The position numbers and the translations under genes are program-made. The notes beneath the pieces were generated by a model. It was not told the origin of the DNA. It ran no database searches and worked only from the letters and a program-made list of their open reading frames with translations. Shown in pieces: positions 25,158 to 38,200 of a stretch of 64,000 bases of DNA; within the stretch, counting starts at the first letter, position 1; every line of letters begins with the position of its first letter. The DNA comes from Magallana gigas (lineage: Eukaryota). The DNA lies in assembly GCF_963853765.1 (NCBI RefSeq), contig NC_088860.1, forward strand, positions 13,764,001 through 13,828,000, read 5' to 3'.

Positions 25158-25345
25158 GCTGAAATGCCGGACTTGCAGACGGTTAATTCTTCGGGGGAGT
25201 GCTGGGAAAATAAAGATTTTGCGTTGACAAACTAATGATTTCTTCAGTGTGCTGTTTTCAAATTAATCATAGATAGATACAAATATTTCTTAATTAATTG
25301 TTTTCAATCAATACATATTCTTTTATTTCATTGTCTGTTACAAAA

Positions 25346-25698
25346 CAGTCACGTAGCATCGTTTTTGAAAGTGGGGGGGGGGGGGGCAGACTCATCCAAA
25401 AAATTTTGACAAGCAAAAAACAATTAAAAAGAATAAATAAAAAGTAAAAAAAAAAAAGAAGGAATTTTAACCTTTTCCAAAATCTTAAAAATCCTAATCC
25501 GGGCGGGGGGGCTAGCGTAGTATATAACTCCACTCATTTCCTTATTTTCATATCAATTTTTTACATCCTCCCAAAAAAGTGGGGGGGGGGGCAACTCCAT
25601 ATAATTTAATTTTTTATATGTCAATTTTAAAAAATTTGTTGCTGTGAGAAAAAGTGGGGGGCCAGGCCCCCCCCCCCCCCCCTGATGCTACGTGCCTG
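25346..25698. mobile_element. MITE with CAG-terminal 15-bp TIRs and G/C runs
   Basis: cagtcacgtagcatc / gatgctacgtgcctg (1 mismatch), flanked on both sides by caaaa. Confidence 0.75.
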
Positions 25699-25956
25699 CA
25701 AAAGTGTAGATTACTGAGAATCGAGAAAGAAGAAATCAAATTTTGATTCGCTATAATCTAAAATACTATTGTCAAAAAAGGAATAATATCTCTCTTATTT
25801 GGTCGTGTATACCAATTACATGTAGACGTCTATTGAATTATATCGATGAATGGTCATTAACGTTAGTTATAAACAATTTTTATGTTAGATTACTACAGAA
25901 ATGTTGAGGACTCGCATGTATTCAACAAAATGTTTGCCGTTTAATCTTGCTGATAT

Positions 25957-26280
25957 ATATAAGGAATAAGGAATCATTCTTTGAGTATTATGAGGTGATA
26001 ATTTTGGTCGGGGCGTGATCAAATCCAATAAAGCCCGAAGGGCTTTATGATAGATTTGATCACGCCCCTAGCGAAATTATCACCTCATAATATTCAAAGA
26101 ATGATTCCTTATTACTTATATTTATATAATTTTACGCCATCGTACGATTAAATATTGAAATATAAATAAACAAACCCTGCTGGCGCCTCGATTTGGCGTC
26201 ATTTGTATTATGAGTTATATATTACAAAATAGATACGTAGTGTTATCACAGACAAAGACACTGGATAATGTAAATATATA
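25957..26280 (+). mobile_element. Dispersed element with ~160-bp terminal hairpin, copy 1 (Crypton-like, unverified)
   Basis: ataaggaatcattctttgagtattatgaggtgataatt...aaagcccgaagggcttt...aattatcacctcataatattcaaagaatgattccttat plus a unique tail; near-identical inverted copy at 41155-41470. Confidence 0.8.
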
Positions 26281-28539
26281 TCTTTAAAAATGGCAGTAAT
26301 TTGATCGTTTTAATAAAAGCATAATGTCTGAAAAGTTTCTCTGCGTTAGCAAAGTTTTCATAACTGTTGATTTTAAATATGAAATTAAAATAGAATACTT
26401 TACAAAACCAAATTTTGCTTCTTGGAACATACAAAAACTGTCAAACTATTATGCATGACTTTTTTTTATAATGTTAAAGGGAGGAAACCACTAAATTAGG
26501 TAAAAGCCTCATACTAACAGTTCAGATTATTTGAGTTGTCGCACTTGGTCATTTCCGACTTGTCATTTTCTGTTGTTTACGGAATGTAGAGCAAAACGTG
26601 TTTACAACAACGATGCTTGTTTACAACTTGTTTACAACTTCTGACAAAGCTTTATTAGGGAAATGTTCAATCTAGTTATTATGTGCAATCAGTGCTTAAG
26701 ACATGATGTGACAAGAGAAAGGTACTTTGCATACGAATGCATAACCCATATATATTAATGAATAAAAAAATCTACAATAACATGCCCATAACTGTGTGAC
26801 ACATGGGTTGACCGAAAAAGGACACCCCTTTCCAATCTCTAAATAACCGTAGTACGAAAAATCTAATAATTATTCTTCATTCAAATATCAAACGTTTTAA
26901 GCAAGTGATATGTAATCTACAATGCCTTATAGATATGTTCAATTAATTCATTGGGTACTTTATCTTTTTTCTAAATCACGTGATGTGTGTATGCTCCATT
27001 AATTAACATGTTATTTTCGATATCTGTAAATCTCTTGTCTCAATTTATGTATTGAATTGTGAGCGTAAAAGAGTCATAAAAATTCCTGTTAATTTTGTTC
27101 CTTGACAACTCAATCAAAGTTTAAATCAAATCACCCCCTTTCGGTATTACTTACATACATATATGTACTACTAGTGAAGTGTTCAAGCAATGTACGAATA
27201 AAACCGTATATAGATTAAGGAGTTAGAAACCATTATAGATATATTGCAATTGATTGAATGCCGTTTCGGGTTGATGGTCAGTTATTGATGAGCTTCGGCA
27301 AATTCTAACGTTTCACAACGCTGCTTTGACCCTTAGGGTAGGTCATAATGGAATTTATACGGGAGATGCTTGCCCTGATACAAAGTCTATAGATTCGTTA
27401 TCTAGTTGCCACTCCACTTAACCAATACAGTGTCTACCCTGCCGATTTGCCGGAATTCTGTGGGTGGGTGACACATACAGAGAGTTGGTTAAAATCAGGG
27501 GCGTTGTTTTTTCTTCATAGAGTCATCTGAATTTTCTTTGAAAAACCGAAAGGCCGCACAACGTAACGTTACTGATCGGAATAGCCTGGAGACTGGTGGC
27601 CATCTAGAAAGGATTTGGTCACATTAAGGAGTTTGTTTGTCGTTTTCACCTCAATCTAAAACCAAGTCTGACACCTTCTGTTGTTTGGTTGCAAGCTAAT
27701 TTGTAGAGTTCTGATGAGTAATACATTTTATTGGATTAAATAAAAAGAATTCCTGTGTAAAATGACGACACATCACACAACATTCCCCGTTTGTCGTGAC
27801 TTTAAGTTTCATTTATATGAATAAATACATTTCCTTCCGTTTTTTCTTCTTTTTGAAATATAGATATTATTAAAAAAAATCGCTAAATATAACAATAAAT
27901 AATTAAGCAATTCATTTTGATTTACAATTTTTCAACTTTATAATTTTAGCGCTCAAAACAGGTCTTTCGATCTTTTTTCTTGGCACAAAATTACAAGTAT
28001 GAACTTTTTTAAATTTTTTTTTTTATCAAACTACGTAAAAAGCTTTAAGGTTTTCTTCGTTTTTCAGAAATAATGATCATACAAACACTAAAAAATCCAC
28101 ATCTAATTAGTTTTAAAACTTAATTCAAGTTCAAAGATTATTTTAATTTTGTTATTGGTATTATTATTTTGATTTTACTTTTTGGATTGAAATGAATGTT
28201 TGTTTAAGATATCCAATGGCATCCACTCTAATGAAGAAAAAAAAAACCAAAGTAGTATAAGGGTCAGGAATTAGAGTTAATTAGTATAAGTCGGGTTGGT
28301 CGGACAGTCCTCGGTGTGACTCTGACGCCCTGACAGCTACTGTATAGGTGTCCCCAGGTGTGAGAATTCATCGCCGTTCTTTGGACCTCGCGCACATTTA
28401 ATCTGATTGAAACACTCTTAAACTAATACAATTAGTAAATAACTGTGGCACTTAAGATACTCTCAAAACAAAAGACGAGACTTGTGCCTCATGGATACAT
28501 TCCAGTAAAATTCTGGCGCGGTTTTTTTTTTTCGAACAC

Positions 28540-28733
28540 AGATTTTTCAGATAGCCCCTGTCGTTTGTAGTGACTGTCACGTGATTTTTTTTCCTGGACT
28601 AGAATGACAAGATACAATTAGTTTCGCTGGGGGCTCCGATGATACTGCGAGATACGAAAGTTTAGACCTCTCTCTAACTCTCCCCCTTATTTTTCGCTGG
28701 TGTGTCGGACAAGAATTTTACTTTGCGGTAAGT
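28540..28733 (+). promoter_or_regulatory. Candidate promoter and non-coding first exon of the EGF/SEA/chitin-binding gene
   Basis: CpG-richer patch with E-box GTCACGTGAT 28576-28585, ending in a consensus donor GCG|GTAAGT at 28727/28728; the next clear plus-strand acceptor with a coding exon is at 32193. Confidence 0.45.
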
Positions 28734-31700
28734 AGCATTTTGGATTTTCACTTCTTCAGGAATTATATCATTTAAAAAAAGTTTTAGTTGACCATGGAAT
28801 ATTACTCATTTTGAGAACAAAAATTGAAAAAGTGAACTAATTCAATTAATTTTGATTAGTAAGTTTTCAAGAAGACTTTGGATACTGATGAAGATTTTGC
28901 GCAGTGCGTTGTACTTTTTTTTAGTAGTTGTGTTACACCTATCTTTTATAAAGCTTTTTCGAAAGTGTTGGCATTCTTTAAGATATAAATGCTGTGTGCA
29001 CGATTTGTTTTCATTTTCACCCATGTTTTAATAGAAACCACAAATACTGTATGAAGTGAACAATATAATTTCTATCAATTTTCTTTGAACAAAAACCAAA
29101 TTAGATAAAATGTAGCTAGTTCTACATAATTAGTTAACGTATTTCGTTACAACTCGGGGATTAGTAAATATTTAACTGAACTTGCATTAAAATGATATTT
29201 TTTTTTTAAAGTGAAATAACCGGTAAATTTAATAGAACACATTAAACTGCATATATAGGATAAAATGTATTTTTAAAAAATAGTTAAGATAGGCAATGAT
29301 TTTTCTAAAAATGTTCGATATACTATCGTATAGAAAATAATACGTGGATTTTTTTCATGCAGTATTCTTCATTAACTTTTTCTATGCACTAAACTTAATT
29401 TCATGAAATCCTAACAGCACATGTCCGACATTTTATATCTCATTGATGAGGATGGAAAGCGTTTAAAGACCCATTTCAAACTATTACTTTTGAGTATAGT
29501 TAAGAGAGTAATGTCGAGAATTCTAATAAAACTATTATGGAACCCCCCCCCCCTTCCTTTTTTCCCCAACATCCCGGGTAAAAAAAAACCCTGGCTTGTC
29601 ATCTTCCGGAATACTAATCGTATGACAATAAAAAAAGTGGCTGACTTTTCCGGAATTTACTGGGTTACGTCGTATTATACGGCTGGTTCCATGGCAGCTG
29701 ACCGGGCCAGTATCTGACAATGTAGCACGTTGTTCCCAGGTTCATAATGTGTTCACAGGTTGTCTCCCCTTTGTGCTCTACCAGTTACGGGCCTTTCTGA
29801 CATGTTTATGGCCGACCGACGAGAGGGATTGATTTACCCAGTCGGGCTAAGCTTCTGACCTGTGCTTTATTGCCGTTCTATGGCATGTTTAACGATATTG
29901 CCGGTCAGTTTATGGCAAACTAATTGATAATTTGCTGCTCGCCAAACTGCATGCTTCGGAAAAAAATATCGTTTGTCAAACACCACTTCGTTTGATTTTT
30001 GTTAATTTTGCAGTTATCAATATTTTCGTTTTATTTTTTTTTCTATCAATTTTTGCCACACTGATGTTTAATTAAATATATTTAAAATTCATTTTTATAT
30101 GAACTCGTTCACTGCATTTACAGCAAATAACTTTAGAGATATAAAAATGAAAGGCTTCAAATTTTGACCATGAGGCGAAATTCTCACTCTGTTTTGTAAA
30201 AAGTTATTTATACAGTTAAAGTAAATACAATCCATATAGTTACGCTTATTTGCTCTAATAATGCAACTTTTGTAAATATTCCTATATAGTTTTTAGATCT
30301 CCTTTAGTTAAAAAAAATCACGTTGAATTCTCGTGAAGAGTATTTTGCAGTTGACACTACGATAGAATTACAATATTGTTGAGTTTGAAACTATTATGAA
30401 AACTACATAAACAATCGCAAGAAAACTTATCAAATTAAAGATTGTTTTCAATGAAATCTATTAAGAATGAATGACTGTAGTCGTGACCTTATGTTTCCTC
30501 TTTACTAATTTTTTCTTTGGTTGGTTAAGTGTGTGTGTGAGTGTGTGGGTGGGTGGGGGGGGGGGGGGTTAAGTTTAAGCCTACCAACGATTATGAAAAA
30601 AAACCCCGAAAATAATAAACCTTTACTTTACTTTTGATAACAATTACATACATACACGATTGTATAAGAATCAAGACCCTTTTTATTAGGAGAAGAGATG
30701 AAATAGTTGATGACATTTGGTGACATAACAAATGTCAGCTGTATCAAACTGGACAAATAAATCATCCAATTACAGCCGTTATATAACGCCGCTGTTTGCA
30801 GAAAAGAGGAAACTATTGTTGTAGACATGAAGGTTGTCATTTACTGCATATCCCACAATTCTCAAGGGAATGTCTTCCTGAATAAGCTGGCGTACGGACG
30901 GATATTTTTGACATCTTCAAAACTCTGATTTTGCTTTGAACAAAGCTTTCTTATTTTATTCATTTATTTTGGAAAATTCCTTTTTTAGCTTTTTGCACAA
31001 GTAAAAAATTTCTTAATTTGTCAAGATATTCGTTCACCGGAAAAAAAACTTCGTCATGTCGTAAAAAAATTTCGTAATTCAAATTTCATATCACTCATTA
31101 GTCTAGTAAAAATTAACAATGTTGAAATAAGTTGTCATAAATATAGTTTTTATACGCATCACTTATATTTGAAAACAAACACATGTCATATTTGTCCCGA
31201 GCCGTCGATGTCTGTATAACGGGCCCTGGATTCAGTGCTGGGGGTTATATGTTACAAGTCCGTCTTCTGAAATCCGTCCTTTTGTTTTCTGTCGGCCAAA
31301 ATAAATACAAAAATAAAAAAAATTCGAGATCCACAAACAAGATATCTGAATTTAATGTTCGTAATTTATTCCTTTCCTAAAGCACACAGTTAGGGTCAAT
31401 TGTTTCAAGTTTAGAAGATCGTCTTTTGTTTGTGTTTCATCCCTAAGCTACATTGTACTTTCAAGATTTCTAAAGTTCATAAAATATACATATTTATAAA
31501 TTTATTAAGATTTATGTCGTAAAACCGACATTATAATTTTGGAAAACGAGAGAATGTTATGATATCAAGATTGCCATTAAAATGATAGTACTCAGTACAC
31601 AGTTTTACATGAGACACTTACAACAAATTGAAGCCAATATAATTAATACCAATGAATACAATGCACATTACAATTGAAGTTTTCACTTGTTTTTCGTGAA

Positions 31701-31954
31701 AGTTGTTTCTAGACTGAAACCACAGTGCATATAATTGCGTTAAGCTTGCTTGATCCTCTCGCTTGTAGATCGTTTATCCATGTTGCTGAATGGAAAAGAA
31801 GACGAAAATCTTAACTGTTCCATGGAGTAAGTGCTTCAACAACCACAGACAACGTGTCACACTTGTTGATCAAGTTGTCGGAAAGGCTATTCTTCCATTG
31901 TCAAATATGAACCAATGTTTCTTCTCTCTCATTCTAATTTATTACACAACTAAA

Positions 31955-31956
<2 letters not shown>

Positions 31957-32019
<63 letters not shown>
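31957..32019. repeat. (TC)n microsatellite
   Basis: ~31 units. Confidence 0.97.
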
Positions 32020-32022
<3 letters not shown>

Positions 32023-32219
32023 CATTTTCCTTTATTGAATAATATGTTGAATAATATTTCAATTCGGTTAGTGGACTGGTTCAAACACAATACAAAGAAA
32101 AACCAGGTTAAGTGAGTAATTAGAATTCATTGGAATCTTTCAGATGAAAATCAGAAAACAGGATTGTGACTAGGATTCTTTGAATATTTTCAGATGACAG
32201 ACAAAATGGCGGCCTAAGA

Positions 32220-35200
32220 ATGGAGGGAGAGCCGGACTGGATCAGTCGAATGGCAGAGGAGCAGGTGATCGTCAGACAGTCCAGCGGTGAGGAGGCGGAC
32301 CGGTCCTCAAGTGAGGGCGCGCAGGAAGATGAGGACCCGGTGAGTGTGGCTCCTCAGGCTTGATACTTATGTAACGGAGAATTCTAGTGACTAATGGGAC
32401 TTGTAAAACATGGCTTATATATGAGGTTATTGCTTGTGAATAGTGGATCTGGCATTCGATTTTGGAAACATAAATAAACCATACTAAAAGTTTCAAAGGG
32501 TAAAACGTTGAAGAAAAGGTTGATTCCAAATACATGTATAAGATACCCTGGTATCACAATAACCAAGCTGTGTCCTTACCTGATGTTGTTAGGGAATATT
32601 TAGAATCGAAGGTTGGCTCAGTAGAATTTTGACACACATGGTAAAATGTTTAGTACAACGTTGATGCCAAATAGGAAAAACAACGGAAACTGATTACAGA
32701 GGCCATGCCTGAATATGCTAAGGAATGGTTTAATTGGTACACTGGGTCAGAATAAGTCGTACTAAAGTTTTCATAAGGCAGAACATAGAAGATTTGGTTG
32801 AAGCCAAATAGTAGAGGCAATAATCGCAGTCAAGTACTGTGTCCATACATGGTCGATGTTGCTAGGAAATATATAGAAGGTTCGCCTTAAAAAAAGTTTT
32901 ATAAAGAAGAACATATAGTACAAGGTTGATGCCATACAGTGTCCATTCCTTAAGATGCTAGGTAATAGTGGGCTTTTGCTCAAGAGAATAATCTACATGT
33001 ATGCTAAAAGTTTAAAAAAGCAAAACGTAGAAAATATAGTAGTGACAACGGTCACAAAGTAAAATTGAATCATATTGCATTGAAAAGATTTGTCATTTCA
33101 GTCATTTGGTCGTCTTTGGTTGATTTTAACATGATTCTTGTAGCAAAGTTCAAAGGTATAAAAATCTCCAAAAGGCAAAAAAAACTAAAAGATGAGATCG
33201 ATGCCAAGTGATAAGAAACAACAGTCACTGAGAAAAAAAAATAATTTTGTAATTCGTCTCGTATTCATAAGTATTATTTTGAGTATCATAAATTCAATGA
33301 ATGGACACTGAAAATCTTCTCGGATAATGCATGGACTAGTAAGTAAAAGTCAAGAAACTGTATAACCGTTAGGATGTTCTAATTCAATGACGTAATGTTT
33401 TGGATCTATTGCTTTGGGCGAATTGCGTTATGGCTTGCTACTTGGATGAAAGACTTTTTCTTTATCCAAAACCAGTTTCTTAAATGAATTCAGTGAATCG
33501 GAAACAAAACAAACATACACGCAATTCAGCTTCCTTTTGCAGCAATATAAAGTTGATTTTGTTACCAAAAGGGGAGTGTACAGTTGAAAAAGACAGATAA
33601 AGGGCTTAAAGTACAAAATACATTGGGAAAAGAGAACGGTCTATGGATGGTTAAAAAAAAATCCATTGCATTCATGGCGAACACCGCTCCTTTGTCCAGC
33701 CAAGGAGTTATCTGATTTTGAGGGCCCATCAGATTAATGTCAAGTCCATTTGTGTTCAATATCGGGTCCCTTTGAGGCAGTTCCTGACACATTAAATTTC
33801 CATTACTTTATCAAATGCGTTACCGTTTACATATAGAAGTTTAGGACGTCAGGAGAAAATATTTAGCATAAATTGTTGAACGATGTGATTCTCTATTCCC
33901 TAAAGCCCATCGCCAACATTTAATATGCATAAGTTATGACGATAGAAAGTTGACCATTTAGAGAAATTCCTAGATTGAGATAAAATGATTTGTTTTGACT
34001 TGATTCTAATGTGTGAATAAGGCAGAGTATAGATGAGATATAGATTTGTTTTTACCAAGCTGTTGAGCGTCATCGATCAAAATAAACACCGTTCGTCTGT
34101 CAAACAAATACGCAAAATATCGTGACTGTTTTGTCTATTATGACCTTTTAAGAGTTATTTGGGTGAACATAAAAGTTAACATTCAAAGTTATGTGGGTAA
34201 ATACAATGTAAATACAAAAAATTCTTTTGGTTAGAAAGTTAAACAAAATCATTATTTGTATATAAATTTCGAGATTTTCAAAAATCAAATTCCTCCATTA
34301 TTAAAAAATCGATAAAGGGTCAAGAAATAGCCTAAGTAAACAAAGGATGCATAGCAAAGGTATTATAAACGTTTACATGACTTAATTCTAATATTTGTAT
34401 CGAAATGTTATGATATATTGTACAGTGTGGCCATTTTTAGGCTATTTTTACCTTTTTAGAGGTAATCTGTATAATGATTTAGGAAAATGATCTAATTTTA
34501 AAGCCAAAATGTTTTGGATTTTCTCATTACTTAATAATAGTTCGTGACCAAACATATCATGTTCAAAAGTTTAAAGCAGGTCTGATGGTTCATTTGTTGT
34601 CCACCCAGCAATCTTAAAGATAAACTGATAATGTTCAAACCCGCTTTTAATATCGTGACTATTGAAGAAAAACTTGACATATGTGATATAACGTTCACGT
34701 ATGGATAGACTGTCGATACCAACTATCATTTGAATTAAACTATGTTACAGAAAAGAAACCTGCTCAATATATACTTGCCCCAAAAAAGAAAATCTTAAAT
34801 GTCATTTGGTTAAAAAATTTTACTTTTCATTCTTTGTTGTTTTTTTTTTTACAATTCAACTGCAATTATTTTAACCTAAAGGTACGGTAATGTAATGGAA
34901 GAAAAAAAATTAAACATCAGCCAATATCAAAACTTGATTTTATTCTGTAAAAAAAAATAATAACATGCTAGACTCTCTATTCTGCAACTTTTATTGACTA
35001 ATTTTGAAGATTGTACACAAACATTGCTCTTATTTTTTTTTTACAGAATGGGGTAATTCATTTCAACAACGACAGAAGCAGTAATACATCAGTGTATAAC
35101 AATGTGTCTCGGCATCATGTGGCGGACAAATCCAGACAGACAGAGTATACAAACGTTGGCAAAAAATACATAGTGACCGGAAACGGACATAATTCTAACC

Positions 35201-38200
35201 ATCTACACAACGGACAATCGCACAAAGTGCATTACGCTGACAATATAGGAATTATTTCCACGAAAAATTCCCCGCCAAGTTCTATAAATGAATTGGACAA
35301 AAAGAAACAGAGAGAGATAGAAAGAAAGAGGCGCCGGAGGATATGTACTGTGATTCTTCTGTTACTCCTGGCTTTAATCATCGGGTTCGGAGTCGGGCTA
35401 TTAGTGTATTTCTTATTAATGAATGGTGAGAATGAGATATATTTATTTATTTATTTTTTTTTTGCTTATTGGCATTAATAATATTTATTGATGTTAAGTT
35501 ACTGATTGATACAAATACATTTCGTATATAATTCTTTTTCATTTTTGCTGTGACTGTTACATGCTTAAATATCAAAATTTATGCATAGCAAAGTACAGAA
35601 TGTCTTCGTGTGCAACTTTTAAGCAAACAAGGGGGAAAATATGATCATTTATTGAAACAATTCAGATTTTCATCAAATGTAATAATTACACATTAATACA
35701 CGTCATTGGAACTAAGATTTCTTTAAAATACACTTAATAACTGTCAATTCCTTTTTGTCAAATCCGCTTGGCACATACATTTTACAAAAAATACGTGCTG
35801 TAAACCCCAATTTTTTCAAACTCTAGAATGATAAACAAGAATTAATGGTGTTTACTTTTACAGCAGATCCACGTCTTTACAGACAAATGAGTTATTCATA
35901 CAGAATCATCTCGATAAAATAATTATAATACAAATCATTGCATGCTGCTTGCATGACGACCTTAACAATTGAACATATTTAGTTTCATTCCCCAAAAAAT
36001 GAAATTTAAAAGGGACTTGGACATGATTTGAGCTCAAACTTTCAAATTTCATTTTTCCATTTTTGATTGTTAATATTGATTTACGTATTTTTAATGCTTT
36101 GTCAAAACTTGAAAGTCAAATATTGAGTTATAATCAAGATACATAATCTGAAATTCTTTGTTTTGTAAACAAAGCTCGAGTCTTGTCATTGCATTGTTTA
36201 CATATGTGTTTTATTGGTAAAAGTTTCAATCAAATGTTGCTTTCTTCTGTTTATGATATTATTTACGAACACATTGAATCAGTTTACCTTGTTTTCCACG
36301 AGTCATTTTGTCAAAGAAATGGTATTCCATACATTACATTTTTTGTAAACAAACATCAGACTCGAGCTTTGTTTACATGAAAATGAAGTCTTATCTCTGT
36401 ATTTCTCTTAAAACTTGACTTTTAAGTTTCAAGCTTTGATCAATCATTCAAAATGCGCAACTAAACCATTTTCGTGTTTAAGTCCGATATAGTCATACAT
36501 GAATGATGGAAAATGAAAATAGCATAGAAAAGAAAACAGCGTATGAGTAAAAACTATAATGGTGGAGAAATATTGACGGTATCATAAGTTTTGGTGATAA
36601 AGACTTTAGAATATTGACATACATTTTTGTGGATTTCTTCTCATGGTAACTCATACTTTTAGGTGGATCAAACCAATCCCTGCAAGAGGCACAAAGAGGT
36701 AATGCGGTTTTTTGTTCTCTTTTTAATTTTAAATTCTTAATGTTTCCCTTTTAAAGTTTTACTTGTCTCTTAGACTTTCAACTTCAAGTCAACTTAAATT
36801 GTTCTATGTTATTTTGTTGTACTCATATTTGAATATCAAAGACCTAACATTTGTTTTTCAGAATCGATTCTCGTAAAGTTGAAGCTGCCAATCTTAAATG
36901 AAACCTACACACCCGATATGGCAAACGTCAATTCCAGTGATTTTCGACGTATTTCGGAACCCCTCTGTGAGGAGGTATGGTTTTACTGAAATATATTCGT
37001 TTATATACTATTAAATATGTTCCAATGACTTGATTATATTAAAAATTAAAAAATCAAAAGATAAAAGTTTATGAATGTTATCAATCGATTAGACAATTTT
37101 CAATTTCTAATTGTTGCAAGATTATTTGCAAACTTTCTTAAAATATACTTACACTTTTTAACGTACTGTGATTAATACAAATATATTTCGATTTTAGATG
37201 GAATTTTACTTTCAACACGAAAAAGGTTTCGTTAAATGCAATATCAATGAAATAAGGTGAGAGAAATATATTCAGAACTTTCAAAACTCCTTTTTTGATA
37301 TTTTAACCAGTCATAGAATTATTAAGGGCGTTACCATTATTAATATACTTAAGATTCGCTCTCACTATCTTTTAGAAACGTTTCCAAATCCATTGAGTGC
37401 ACCTGCAAATCAACAACACAGTAAGTATTATTATCATAATATATATACTATACTAGTAATCTTCAAAATCTAGTTTTCTTTTGACATGGAATATAGCAAT
37501 TCTTTTGGTTTAAGTTATCTAGAATTCATGAATATGATCATGGCCCACTTGACATAGCCAGCCTTTTTCAATCACCTTTGTAGTAGATGTCACCGACCTA
37601 TCGTTTTCCACCTCTATTTCTTTTGGAAGTAGGTGAATGGTGTTCCAGCTATGTCCTATCCATGTGAATATATAATAACATAATTTTGGAAGGTGAAATT
37701 TTATTTTTATCCTTGGTATTTCAGTAAGAGGGATCACACTTCCCTAGAAGTGGGCGTGGATCTAACGTTTGTCGAATCACTGCGAGCAGAGGACATCCTC
37801 CGGATACTGGACACTAAAGCCAAAAAGGTGTTCTTTGACGGATTCGAGGTGGTGTTGATAAAGAACTTTATCGTGGACATCAAAGGAAACGGTCAAAATG
37901 GTAATACACAAAAACAGCTTTAAAAGGTGTTTGCTTACTCTCTGATTATATTTACATTATGAAGTTTATAGAATAATGATTACTTATACGGTAATTAATT
38001 TGTAGGTGGATGTCTCCCATCACCATGCCAGAACAATGGAATCTGCCAAACCACAGATGATGGAGATATATCATGCGCATGCCCAGTTGGATGGACCGGA
38101 ACACGATGTGAAATTGGTTGGTTAATTACCCTTAAAATTAAACTAATTAATAACAGAATTTAAATTAAAATTTTGTCAAAATATGGTTGTAAATACACGG

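Noticed and set aside
15071-32038. ORFs with ER or SL runs (15071, 19371, 31790) and the IH-repeat ORF at 9774
   Set aside because: Translated microsatellites.
35047-37900. Type II transmembrane serine protease (TM + SEA start)
   Set aside because: No trypsin-like domain or HDS motifs anywhere downstream.
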